Shown here: positions 12,297-24,439 of the stretch, piece after piece
Position numbering within the stretch: position 1 is the stretch's first letter
Layout of the letters: every line of letters starts with the position of its first letter
NCBI GenBank assembly: GCA_963575745.1
Contig: CAUYUJ010000186.1
Span: forward strand, 62,001 to 117,079
Length of the DNA stretch: 55,079 bases
Reading direction: 5' to 3'
Source of the DNA: Prorocentrum cordatum
Taxonomy: Eukaryota
Program-made: the position numbers and the translations under genes
The notes under the pieces: model-generated
What the model was told of the DNA's origin: nothing
Database searches by the model: none
The model's input: only the letters and a program-made list of their open reading frames with translations

Positions 12297-12724
12297 CTGA
12301 GGGGCATCGGCCAAGCGATCCCGAATCCCTCCGCGCTCTCGCGCCGCCCCCTCGCTGGTCGGTCCGCACCCTGCCGGGTACTGGTGAACCGACCTCGGCG
12401 TCGTGGGGTGGGCGGCTCTCCTCGCCGCGCGTCCCAGCCCCCATGAGGAGCAGCGCAGGCGCGAGGGCACAGCGGACGAGGCGGACGAGGTGGGGCTGAA
12501 CCGCGAACCACGAGTAGCTTCGCGCCCTCGAAGGTGCCCTTTGCATCCCCACTGGCGTGGTCTTGGCCGGCACCACCGGCCGACTTGCCCACCCAGGTGG
12601 GGATAACTACATGCAGGCTCCTTCGGGCTTCGCGTGGCCTGTCCCCGCTGGGGAGGGTAAGCTGGCCGGCGGGGCTGAGATGCCATGGCCAGGTGGGGAT
12701 GGGGATACATTCAACGATGCTGAC

Positions 12725-12945
12725 CTCAGCGGCCTGGCCATCCGGCGGTCCACGAGCAGCTCCAGCTTCGCCGCCCAGAACACGCCGTCCCCGCACAGGT
12801 GCACGAAGCGTATGTAGCTCTCCGCCTTCCTGTGCGTGCCGTCTTTGTGCGCGTACACGCCTGGCATGTCGGCCAAGGTGCGCTCCCCCGACATCGTATC
12901 CCGGCTCTCGAGGAGGCACCCGTGCTCCACGATGGAGTACAGCGC
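12725..12945 (-). CDS. Exon C of the ART-fold host gene (ALYSIVEHGCLLES...PGVY...AESY...LELLVDR)
   Basis: Acceptor ccccgagAG|G, donor AG|GT. 221 nt = 73 codons + 2 nt. Joins exon B to read WHGFKLEALYSIVEHG. Confidence 0.82.
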
Positions 12946-13116
12946 CTCTCGGGGAAGGGACAGCGGCGCAAACGTAAACTTTCGGAGTTCCGCGCGGGTT
13001 TCTCGGATCAGCGCCTGGGCCCCCACCGCGCCGATCCAGGACATCCGCGTGGAGCTCCGAAAGTTTGTGCTCATGCCGCTCTTCGTTCCTCCCCAAAGGG
13101 CCGATGTCGCGTTTTT

Positions 13117-13170
13117 TACTCAACCATCCTGTGGTGCTGGGTCCTCGTTTTGAAGAGACCGCGCCCCGCG
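13117..13170. repeat. Conserved ~55-bp terminal motif (CAACCATCCTGTGGTGYTGGGTCCTCGTTTTGAAGAGAC..CGCCCCGCGT), copy 1
   Basis: Similar copies at 52823-52870 and 53957-54010, each followed by a pyrimidine-rich or (CCT)n tract. Confidence 0.85.
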
Positions 13171-13439
13171 TCTCCCTCACTCCTTCCTCGTTTCCCTCCT
13201 CTGCCCTTCCCCTTCCGTCCCTGCCTCTGCCCTCCGCGTGTCGTCGTCGTCATCGTCCTCATCATCGAAGGCGCGCCGCTGGATGCCCCCCCGGGAAAAC
13301 CCCACCCCCTCCCCTCCTTTCCCCGGTCCGTCGTCGGCGGACCCACCCCCCCTTTCAGAAGGGGGGGGGGGTCGAACCTACCCCCCCATCCCCTTCTGTG
13401 GAATCTAAATTCGGACCCCCCCCCCTCCCACCCTTTACT

Positions 13440-15475
13440 CCGGAACCCTAGCTCTGAACCCCTACCGCCAAATCCTAACCCCCTAACCTTAACACCCTAA
13501 CCCTAACCATAATCCCTAGTCCCAAACCTCTCACCCGAACCCTACTCCTAACCCTCACCCTAACCCTCACTCTAACTCTCACCCACCCAAACCCTTACCC
13601 TCACCCGCACCCGCACCCTCACCCTCTCCCTAACCCTAAACCGAACTCTAATCGAATATCGAGCCCTAACCCTAACCCAAACCCTAAGCTCTAACCCCTG
13701 ACCTCTAACCCATAACTCCCCTCACAACCCTCACCCTAACCTTGAACCTAACCTTACTACCCAACCCGCACCTCCTGACTCCCCATCCCTAGCCCTAACA
13801 CCCTAGCCCTAACTCCCGAATCCTAACTTTAGACAAACCCACAGCCAAATCCTACTATCCTAATCCTCACCCCCAGCAGCCCCAATCCCCGAATCCGAAC
13901 CATAATCGCTTAACCTTAAACCTTACCCTTACCTGACCCCCTAACCCTAACCCCCTACCCCTAACCCCTACCCTAACACCCTAATCCTGACGCTGCCAGC
14001 CTAACCCGGGCCTCCATGACACTGACCATGAGACCCTAGCCCTCACCATACCACCCGAGCCCTAACCTCCTGGCCCGAATCCTTACCCAGCCACCCTGAA
14101 TCCTAGCCCCCAAACCCTAAACCTAACCCTCTACCCCTAACCCTACCCCCCTAACCCTGTCCCTAACAACCCTAACCCTGACCACCCTAAAAAACTACCA
14201 CCCAAATCCTAACCCCCTAACCCCTATCCCTGACACCTTAACCCTAACCCTACCACCCTGACCCTAACCACTGAAACTATCTCTATCACCCTGGCCTGAA
14301 ACCTACCACCCAAACCCAACCCCCCAAACCCGATTCCGAATCCGAACAACCTAATTCGGACTCCCTGAACCTAACCCTCACCCTAACCCCCCGACCCAAA
14401 CTCTAATTCCCGAACCATAACACCCTAACCCTGATCCTGCCCCTAACCCTACCCCCTAAACCTACCACTCCAACCCTAACCCCCCTTACCCCCAACCCTG
14501 ATCCTGACCCTACCAACCTAGCCCGACCCCCCGAACCCTGGCCCTAACCTGAACACCCTAGCCCTAACCCTACCACCCCAACCCTAACCCCCGAACCCGA
14601 ACCCTAACACCCAAACCCTGATGCACTAAGCCTAACACCTTAACCCTACACCTAAACCCTAGCTCGAACTCTAACCCTAACCCTAAGCTCTAACCCCTAC
14701 CCTCTGACCCCTAACCCCTCCCCTAACCACAACCCACCATAAGCCTCACCCTAACCCTAAACCTAAACCTAAACCTACGGCCCTAAGTCGAACCCCCGAA
14801 CTCACAAACCCTAACCCTAACACTCTATCCCTAACCCCCTAGCCTTACTTTCGACACAACCAGAAACGTAATCCTACCATCCTAACCCTAGCCCCATATA
14901 GACCCCTAGCCCCCGAACCCTAACCGCCTAACACTAAGCCTAACCCTAACCCGACCCCTTTAACCCTAACCCACTACCCATAACCATTGCCCGGACACCC
15001 TAACCCTAACCCTACCACCCCAGGCCGAACCTCCATGACACTAACCCTAACATCCTCGCCCCACCCAAATCCAAATCCCCTAATCCAAACCCGAATCCGA
15101 ACCCTACCACCCTAATCCTGAACTCCTAAACCTAATCCTAATTCCCGAGCCCAAACCCTAACACCCGTACCCGAGCCATGACCTCAACCCCTCCAAACCT
15201 ACCACTCTAATCCTAACCACCCTAATCCAGATCCCCTGACGCTATTCCTACCATCCTAACCTGAACCTTACACCCAAACACGAGCCCCCGTAACCCGAAC
15301 CAGAACCCGAACACCCAAATCCAAGCACCCTAACCCTAACCCTAACCCTAACCCTAACCCTGGCCCGAACCTCCTAACCCCAATCCTGATCATAACAACC
15401 TGACCCCGACGCCCTAAGCCGAACACCCTAACCCCAACATGTTCACCCCAACCCAACCGCCCAAATCCTGACCCC
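13440..15475. repeat. Degenerate interstitial (CCCTAA)n telomere-like array
   Basis: About 2 kb of ccctaa/cccgaa/cctaac variants with no ORFs. Confidence 0.9.
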
Positions 15476-15512
15476 TTCTATCTCGGGCGCAGCACAGGGA
15501 AGCGGGAGCGGC

Positions 15513-15863
15513 ACACCCTCACACGTTACGTTGTCCCATCGGGAGCCCCACCGAAGGCCCCATTTGCTGCGTCCACATGCGTCCGGCGCCCACGTCGGCA
15601 CACCATCACACACTTCGTGGCTCCATTGGGAGCTCCACCGAAGGCCCCACTGGCTGCGTCCACATGCGCCCCGTGCCTATTTCGGCACACCGCTCACGTG
15701 ATTCGTGGCCCCAGGGGGAGCTCCACTGAAAGCCCCGTGGCTGCGTCCGCATGCGTCCCGCGCCCATGTCGGCACACCCCAGCACACGCTCCGTGGCCCC
15801 CAGGGAGCTCCACCGAAGGCCCCAGTGGCTGCGTCCACATGCGTCCACCGCGCCCATTTCGCC
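15513..15863. repeat. ~88-bp satellite, about 4 units
   Basis: Unit cacacgcttcgtggcccc..gggagctccaccgaaggcccc..ggctgcgtccacatgcg; same family as 53082-53700. Confidence 0.9.
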
Positions 15864-15864
15864 C

Positions 15865-18400
15865 TCGCTGGATACGCGCATTCTTTCCTTCGCGACCTTT
15901 CCCGGCCCAAGCGCCCCTGGCGGCTGCAGATGGCCAGCGGAACGGCAGGGTGCCCGAGACTCCGAGGCCTGGTCGCGGCGGCGGGACGCGCCTCCCCCTG
16001 CGGCGGCGCAGCGCCCTCGCTGGAGACGCCCGCCCCAACCTCTGCGACCGAACTCGGTGGTTCGGCGCCCGCCTTGGCCAAGGGCGGCGGCGTCCCCTTT
16101 GTCTTCGGCTTCGCTTCCAACTCCGCCTTCGGCTCGGAGACCGGCGCCTCCGGAGCCGCCGCCCGCTCCGAGTCCTGGCGGGGCAGGAAGGGGGCCAGCT
16201 CCTTCACGTGCTCGCCCTGGGCCGATAGCCAGCGCGGGTCCACCGGCGGCGAGCATGGGCTGTGAGCCCCCCGTTCCGCGCGCTGGCGCGTCACGCGCGT
16301 CGGCGGGCCCTCCGAGCCCGTCAAGAACCGCGCCGCCTCGAGCCCCCGCCAGCTGATCCGCGAACATGCACTGGCACGACAGCAGAGTCTGGACGCGCTC
16401 TGCGTTTCCTTTTTCGCTGGCTCGCCATCACGCGGCACTCAAGAACCACGCGAAGTGGGTCAGCAGCTCGCGGGTCGACGTCTGACCGCCCAGGGGACTC
16501 TGCTCCCGAAAATACGGGAACATAGCCATGGGCGCCACGACTTCCAAGCGAATCCCGAGCGCACAGGCAAGGGTCTCCTTCATCAGCTCGCTGACGCGAG
16601 GCCCGTGCTGAGCGAGCGCACGACGCCACTCGCGACCTCGCGCGATGCCCCGCATCTGAGTCATCGCGGACGCGCCGCCCGAGGGGGGCCCTGCTGTGCC
16701 GGAGCTTGCTCGGTGAGCGAGCCCAGCGGAGGGCGGGGCGTCGCTGGAGGGGCCTGCTGGCGCGCGAGAGCCTCTAGCAGGCATGCCGGTGCGAGGTCCG
16801 ACGTCGAGGGCGTGGTCGCAGCTGGGTCCGAGGGCCCTCCCGCGGCGGCCCCCTCGGCGGGGGCGGAACCCCAGCCGGGGCGGCCCGCCTGCCGCCGTGC
16901 ACGGAAGAGGCGGAGCCTTGACCGATGCGCCCGCGGGTCGCGGAGCTCCCCGCGCTGCCACCAGCGAGGAGGCGGGAGTGCGCGTCTTGGCCTGAGGGAG
17001 TACCCGCTGCGGGGCGGGAGGAGCCCGAGGCACGAAGCTCTGCAGGTCGCTCGGCGGGATCCCGAGGCAAGCGGCTTCGTCCTCGAACAGCCGAGGGGCG
17101 TCGCAGCGGGGCACCCCGGCTTCCTGCGGGGGCCCCGCCAGAGGCGGCGCCGGAGCTTGGCTCGGCAGGGCCGCCTGAGCCGCCAACATCGCGCGCATCT
17201 CGGCCACGACCCCCGTCCTGGTCGTAGGAGCGCCGTCGCCCAGAGCTGCGCCTGCCCGCCTGGGAGCCCGCGGCTGCGCAGCTGGAGCGGGCGAGGCCGC
17301 GATCCCTGCGCAGACCCCCGGGCGCCTCGGAGGAGGGGCCGCCGCTGGGGCCGCGGGCTCGCGTTCGCCGTCGCCTCCCGCCCCTGGCTCCGGGATGGAC
17401 CCGAGTTCCCCGACGCCCTCCGACGCCGCGTGATACGGCGTCGCCCGCTCGGCCCCTGGCAGGTCCTCCTCGCCGTCGGCAGGTGGAGCTCCGTGGAGCG
17501 AAGCGAACTGCTCGCGGAGCAGCCTCACCATGGACCAGCGCGGCCACTAGTCCCGAGTCCGCGCCGTGGCGAACGGGACGAGATCGGCTGGAATGGCCGC
17601 GGGCAGCGGCGACAAGGACTCGAGCTCCAGCTCGTTGACGTCCACGTCCAAGTCGGTCACCAGGACCGATGCCGTGGTGGCCAGGGCGCGAGAGGCTGCC
17701 CCGAGGAGAGGCACGTCCAGCACCAAGTACGGAACCAGCAGCCCAGGGAAGCCATCCGCCTCCGCGGCCGCCAGATCGGCAGCCGAGCGGAAGGCCGAGG
17801 GAAGTGCGAGCAACGCGCCACCATCTCGCTGAGCCAGCGGTTTTGCTGCGAAGCTGCGGTCCCCCTCGTCGAGCCGCCACCTGTCGTAGCTCGTCGCGGA
17901 CGGTGGCTCGAAAGGATGCAGCTCGGGCCACGCGGGGCCTTCTGGCAGCGCTGGCACAGCGGCCATCGTCACCAGCGCTCCAAGGCTCTTGCACCCATCA
18001 CCGTGACACGCGTCGGGCCCGCTGCAGAACTGACAGCGCGCACGTTGCGGGGGAGCCCGCGCGGGCGGCCCGGAGGTCGACCCGAGGGGATTAGCCCCGA
18101 AGCGGCGACGAGGCCCGAAGGGCCGACGCCGCCTTGCCGCGCAAGGCGGCTTGAGGGCCAGGGCCGTAGGCCAAGGCCCGAGCAGCTGCCCTCTCGGGCG
18201 CTGGGGTTGGCGCGCCCAGCGCACCGCGAAAGCGAGCCAGGAAAGGGCTTGCACAGCGGACCGCCAGGCCCGCGAGACAGCAGCCCCCGCAGAAGCTCCG
18301 CTGCCTGAGACGGCCAAGAAGACCCGAACGCTGGGGCCTCCTGGTCCGTCAAAGGAAGTGGGCGGCCCGCGAACCGCTCGAAGAGCGCGGCTCGCAGACC
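15865..18400 (-). pseudogene. Decayed gag-like ORF1 of an unclassified (possibly DIRS-type) retroelement, cut off by the satellite
   Basis: Reading frame with stops and a frameshift (LLALP...MFADQL...LTGSEGPP...SPPVDPRWLSAQGEHVKEL). It resembles my recollection of dinoflagellate retroelement ORF1s; no RT or recombinase is present to confirm this. Confidence 0.4.
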
Positions 18401-18657
18401 CTGGTAGAGCACAGCACCGCCCGCCTCCACCAACAGCTCCACGGTGCGCTGCATCAGTGGGCCGCGAGCCGAGGTGGGGGGGGGCGGCCGCTGGGCCGAA
18501 ACACTGCAGAGACCGCGGGGGGGAAGTCGCAGAGAATAGAGGGAGCAGGAAGAGGAGGAGGAGGAGGAGGAGGAGGAGGAGGAGGAGGAGGAGGAGGAGG
18601 AGGAGGAGGAGGAGAAGGAGGAGGAGGAGGAGGAGGAGGAGGAGGAGGAGGAGGAGA

Positions 18658-19972
18658 AGCAGCTGGCCCCAGCGGCTTGGGCTGGCTCTTGAGACCAGAG
18701 CCTCGCGGAGGTCAGGGCCCGCACCGGCTTGGCGGCGCTCGACGACCTGGAGCAGGCCAAGCAGCCCCTGGCCGCAGCCTGTTGGGCCGCCCGCCTCCTG
18801 CTGCAGCCGTCGCCGCACCCCGGTGCCGCGCCGCCTGGCGGCGGGCCGGAGGAGGAGGCCGACGCCCTCCCCGCCTGGGCCACCGTCGCCCACGAACCCC
18901 GCACCAAAGTGCAGAAAACGCTCACGCGAAGGCTTGACCAGAAAAACTGTTCGGCCTTGCAGAGCGCTTGCACGAGCGAGGAGAGGCGAGGCTGGGTTTC
19001 TGCGGCGGGCCGCACGCGGCCGCCTGGCAGCAGGCCGCGCCAGGGGCTGCGGGGCAGCGACTGAACGACGACGAGTTCTGCCTGACAGTGTGCATGCTTT
19101 TAGGCCAGGACCTGGCTCCGCCTGACACTCTCTGCGCTAACCGCACCCGCACGGGCCCGCGCGCAGGCCAGGCCTGTGGCGAGCGACTCTGCGACAAAGC
19201 ACACTACGCTTTTCGGTGTTCTTGCGGCGGCGGCGGCGTCAAGTCGCGCAGCAGGGACGTCGAGGACGTGCGGCAACGCATTCACAACGAATGCGGCTAC
19301 CCACACGGCCCGGCAGGTCCCCGTCCCCAGCTGGGACCGGTGGACGTGGCGTTGCCAGAGCTGCTTCACTCGAGGCACGGGCCACCAGCAGCCCGGCACT
19401 TGCGGCGGTTGCGGCCAACCCGTCGACTCCCGCAGAGAGGAAGCCACCCTCGAGCACAGCGCGTCGGCTGTCCGAGGCTGTTCAAAGATGTGACAATCCG
19501 GTACGCTATGCCAGGCGACGCGGCGGGCTTGGCCGCGGCCGCCGGCCGTGACGGCGGAGTGGCTGCCGCAGCGGAGGTGGACAAGAGGCAGCGGTACCCC
19601 GAGGGCCGTTGCCGTTGGCCAGTGCTTCCTTTGGCCCTCGAGACAGGAGGGCGCCACGGCAGGGCCGCCTTGCGCCACCTCGGGCAGCTGGCGCGAAACA
19701 AACGCAGCTTGTCGACGAGGACAGGGCCGGGGCGGTCTGCGGCGCCCTCTGCAAGCGTTGGGGAGCAGAGTTATCCGTGGCCTCGCACAAGGCAGCGGCC
19801 CGGCAGCTCCGGAGCAGCGCAGGCAGCCGCGAGGACGCGGCGGCTCTGCGCGAGGCAGGGAACGCTTGAGCCCGCGATGTGAAATTATTGTGTGGGGCCC
19901 ACGGACTGACTCACCTCTCCCCTGCTACCACCTGCTGGCCCGCCTCTGGCCATTCCCATTTTGCTGCCAGGC
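18658..19972 (+). mobile_element. 5'-truncated CRE-type non-LTR retrotransposon (restriction-like endonuclease C-terminus), between (GGA)n tracts
   Basis: QKTLTRRLD, ARL..GGPHAAAW, RLNDDEF..LLG, a C..C..H..C knuckle, DVTIR, AEVDKRQRY and PLALETGGR; frameshifted. Confidence 0.85.
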
Positions 19973-20326
19973 GGAGGAGGAGGAGGAGGAGGAGGAGGAG
20001 GAGGAGGAGGAGGAGGAAGAGGAAAAGGAGGAGGAGGAGGAGGAGGAGGAGGAGGAGGAGGAGGAGGAGGAGGAGGAAGGAGGAGAGGAGGAGGAGGAGG
20101 AAGAGAGGAGGAGGCAGAGGAGGATGAGGATGAGGATGAGGACGAGGAGGAGGAGGAGGAGGAGGAGGAGGAGGAGGAGGAGGAGGAGGAGGAGGAGGAG
20201 GAGGAGGAGGAGGAGGAGGAAGAGGAGGAGGAGAAGGAAAATGAAGAGGAGGCGGAGGAAGAGTAGGAGGAGAAGGAGGAGGAGGAGGAGGAGGAGGAGG
20301 AGGAGGAGGAGGAGGAGGAGGAGGAG
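19973..20326. repeat. (GGA)n microsatellite
   Basis: Direct reading. A similar tract lies at 18543-18657. Confidence 0.95.
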
Positions 20327-20351
20327 AACGTGGAAGAGGTTTGGGCCTCGC

Positions 20352-20493
20352 CTCGAGCTTGAAGCCGTGCCAGGCCCTCCGCCACCCGTCGCGCTGGAGC
20401 TGGCGCATCTCGTCGGCAGGCAGGCCCCTCCAGTGCAAGCGGTGCCAGCCGTCCTCGTGGAGGACGGGGCGGCAAAGCTTCTCGATGCCGCAC
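20352..20493 (-). CDS. Exon B of the ART-fold host gene (CGIEKLCRP...GWRRAWHGFKLE)
   Basis: Acceptor caatcAG|G, donor GAG|GC. 142 nt = 1 nt + 47 codons; phase matches exons A and C. Confidence 0.85.
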
Positions 20494-20536
20494 CTGATTG
20501 CGCTGAGGAGGGCCAGGACGAGAAGGTGCTGCTAGT

Positions 20537-20918
20537 GAGGGGGAGGGGGAGGAGGGGGGAGGAGGAGGAGGAGGAGGAGGAGGAGGAGGAGAAGGAGGAG
20601 GAGGAGGAGGAGGAGGAGGAGGAGGAGGAGGAGGAGGAGGAGGAGGAGGAGGAGGAGGAGGAGGAGGAGGAGGAGGAGGAGGAGGTGGAGGAGGAGGAGA
20701 AGGAGGAGGACAACGAGGGGGGAGGAGGAGTTGGAGGAGGAGGAGGAGGAAAAGAAGGAGGAGGAGGAGAAGGAGGAGAAGGAGAAGGAGAAGGAGGAGG
20801 AGGACGATGACGATGACGATGATGATGATGGTGATGATGATGATGATGATGTTGATGATGATGATGATGATGATAATGATAATGATGATGATGAGGAGGA
20901 TGAGGATGAGGAGGATGA
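20537..20918. repeat. (GGA)n then (GAT)n microsatellite at the LINE-A 3' end
   Basis: Direct reading. Confidence 0.95.
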
Positions 20919-23099
20919 TGGTCCCCGCGTCTGAAGGGGTCAGGAGCTCCTAGCTCGAACTGCCCCTCGGACCGAGGCGTTTCCCTATGGCCCTGCGGAA
21001 GCAACGCTCGGCCTCGTGCGCCTCAACACACACGCGCAGATCGCCCGAGTGACGTGAGCAATCAACCGCCTCAGCCGAGGCAAGCGGGTGACCGATCCAA
21101 GAAGTCGAAGCGACTCAGCACGCTCGGCAGCTGGCGAAGGCCACGCTGGCGGTCTAGCAGGCTGGTACACACCTGGGCTGTACGCCGCACCTGAGAAACA
21201 ACTAGGTCGATAGGACCAGGCCACTGCTGACCGACGTTGCTCCTCAGGCCTGCGGAGATCGAACCAGAGCGCGGGCGAAACTACACTCTCGGGTCGCCCA
21301 TCCACGTCGAGTGACGGGCAGGGCACTGACGCGGTAGCGCCAGAAGCTACATTGCGCAGGAGGCGTGCACACACGCCGAACAAAAAGGAACCTCGTATGA
21401 GGGCATCGGAACCACCGCCCCGACCCAGCCCAACGCGCATCTCCCGTGCGCGCTGTGGTGTCGCGCCTGATGCGGCTGAGTCGGTGCCCTTGGGCCAGTG
21501 CACGTGGCTGGCCAGCAAGCAGATGCAGGGGTGGGGAGGGAAACGTGGCAGCGGTCAAAGCGTCCTGGCAAACCCAGACCAAGTCCGTGCCGCTCCCCTC
21601 CCCCCCAATGGACAAGTGCACCACCTCCCGGCTGGCGGAACCCCAAAGCCCGAGTTCCAGGGCTGGCTGCGAGACACCAGCACCGCCAGAGGTCGGCAGC
21701 GGCAGTGCGACAGTATCACCCGTCTGGCGGAACCCCACGGCCCGAGTTCCAGGGCTGGCTGCGTAGCACCAGCACCGGCAACCAGGACGAAGCTGCAAGG
21801 GAAGCGGCGGGAGGAAGGGCACGGAGCGTGCCGCAAAAGACAAGTCAAGTGCAGCACCGCAGGACCCATCAGCAGAGCAACATGTCCCTTCGGCCCCAAG
21901 CCACACACTGGACTATTGCATTGCCAATTGAAGGGCCCCGATCCCGTGCTTGGGCGGACCTGCGCACCTGGGTCAGCCTTCTCTGAAGCTTGCTGCGCGG
22001 CAGCCGCAGCTGCTAAAAGGTGGCAGCACCGAGCACAGAGCCATGCTGCAAAAGAGTCGGAGCCCGATCCCTTGCGTGAGCGAACCTACACACCTGGTTC
22101 AGCTTCCGTCGCTAAAGCGGCAGCTGCACGCGCGCGCATCGAGCGTGGGCCATGCCCGCGGTGAGAGACCGCCGAAGGCAGCGACTGGCGACCTGACCGC
22201 CAGCAACGCAACTGCCCTCCAGGCACCAAGCCCCGCTAAGGACTTGTTGCATTGCCGACGGTATCGGGCCCGATCCCGCGCGTCAGCGAGCCGATGCACA
22301 TGGTTCAGGCCCGAACTGGGCAAGGGAGGCTAGCCGTCCACCCGCCTGCGAAGGCATCGCAGGGGTTCAGGGTCGCCGATGCCGCCCTGCCCTGCTGGCT
22401 GCGGCCCTCGCTTGAGGCGGCCGAGCTTCTGCCCGTCGCTCCTGGGCGCCCTCGGACACACCCGACATCCTGACGCTCTGCGTCCAGTAGCAGCACTTGA
22501 CGCAGAAGAGGTGGTTACCTGCACGCCATCGCTCATGGGAGGCGTGTGGATCGAGCACCCACCACTGTAGAAGCGTAGAAGCGCGGGTGGGGGCGGTGGC
22601 AGCGGCTGCGCCACAGGTGCTGCCCCCCGTTGCTCGTGAGCTGCAGCGGCCGCGCCGCCGCTGCCAGACGAAGCCCCGCCACCTCCACCGCGACGCTGAT
22701 CCCCGCCATCTGCTGCTGCTGCTGCGCTCTGCGAGCCGCTGGCCTGGCTGGAGAGCAAAGCCGCGCTCGCTGTGAGGGGGGCCGCGGCCGCGGCGACCGC
22801 GCCCGAGGCTCCCTCTGAGCCCGAAAGCCACGAGCCCGAGATCGCCTCGCCCCGACCAGCGCATTCCTGGCAGGCCCAGAGCGTGTCGCTGCCGACCTCG
22901 AGCCATGTCCAGCGTCTGCCGCATGCCCTCCGCGCGCAGTCGCGAAAACAGCAGTGGCTCCTCCAGCGCAGCTTGCATCCATGCCAGTCGCACCGCACCG
23001 CCGCCATGCCTGGCCCTTCGTGGCCGTCCACGGCGGTCAGCTCTGCGTCGCCCTTCTGCATGGCGGCGCCCAACCAGCGGGATGCCTTTTTGGCGAAGC

Positions 23100-23610
23100 G
23101 GTTTTGGCGCAGGCTGCGCTCGCGAACCGCATCGTCCGCGGGATGCATCTCAGCGCCCTGAATGGCGCGAGCGTCCGCACTGTGGTTACCCCTGCACTGC
23201 CAGGTTGCGATGCGCTCTGCCTGTACGTCCGCCAGCGTCGCGTGGGCCTTCACGTTGTGGATCGTGACGTTGTCGAGACCGATGTCCTCGAACGCTCGCC
23301 ACAAGCGAACCCATAGTTCTCGATCGGGCCGCTGCCACTGGAGGCACCATGCCTTGCCGGCTGCGAGGCCATTCACTAGCAGCTGGCAGTCGGTGAAGAT
23401 CCTGACTGGCGGGCGGCAGACCTGTAGCCCCTCGATGACAGCTGCCAGCTCCGCGGCCCCCGACTCTTGTGGGCATGGTCAAGGGGCGGGCCGAAGATGC
23501 CGAGGGCCTCCGCGTCGCTGCTCATGACGACGGCAGCCCAGCCACCCCTTGCGGATACCAGGCTGGGGTCCAGGACGCTGCCGTCGGTGGAGATGTCCCC
23601 AACCAATGGA
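23100..23610 (-). pseudogene. LINE-A RNase H domain
   Basis: DISTDGS...GGWAAV, IFTDCQ, RELW, VKAH, GNHSAD. Confidence 0.85.
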
Positions 23611-24439
23611 TGGCCCACGAGATCGGCGCGCCCTTCCTTGCGCGCCAGGCGCTCCTCCGTGGGCAGGGGGAGTGAACGCCTATGCTCGGGCGCCAGGGCC
23701 CTCGACCAAAGCGGGTCCTCCGCCGCCTCGGCACTGGCCACGTCGACGAGGGTCCCGGAGTGGAAGTCGTCGGGCGCCCTCCTCTCGTCTGCGTCGTCAT
23801 TGGCCTCCCACTCTGCACGGCCGAGCGCGGTGGCAGGGCGCTGCCGCGCCAGGTGCCGCACCGTGCCGTGTGCAATGCACCCGCGAGGGCACCAGGGCGA
23901 CGACGCCAGCGCGTTGTTGGCCGAGCTCATCTGCCTGGCCGCTTGCTGACTCATACGCTTGCGGTGCAGGGTGCGCCTGATGCTGGACAGGGCCCCCCCT
24001 GAAGCCAAGTGCTCCAAGCCAGGATGCCTAGCCGCATCCCTCCGCAGCAGCCGCTCATGGCTGGCGCCGATGTGCTTGGAGAGGGTCGAGGCGCCCAAGG
24101 CCTTCAGGTCGATGGGCTGCTTCAGGTCGTTGAGGAAGAGGCCTGGCCGCAGAGATGGCATGCCATCCCAGGCAGTGGCATGCCAACGCGCATGCCGATG
24201 CAAGGCCCCTGCCAGAAAGTGCCTCAGGCCCCTCAGCATCCTTCCTCGCCAATGCCCCTTCGAACGCACTCCCGAATGCACGCGAGTCCGTGCGGTCCGC
24301 GTTGGACTGTGTCGCCTTGGCCCACGCAACGATGGGCAGCGTCGCGTGGTCGACAAGCGGGTCGCTGGCCAGGCGCTTGCTTTGGAGGAAACTGAGGCTG
24401 AGGCTCTTGCACGTCCCTCTGCCGTGGTGAACGGCATTG

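Noticed and set aside
13440..15475. True chromosome end
   Set aside because: The array is internal, highly degenerate, and flanked by exons of one gene.
16455..18308. 617-aa plus-strand ORF, and similar antisense ORFs over the LINE and copia elements
   Set aside because: Arg/Gly/Pro-rich shadow frames of GC-rich DNA with no motifs; the coding signal is on the minus strand.
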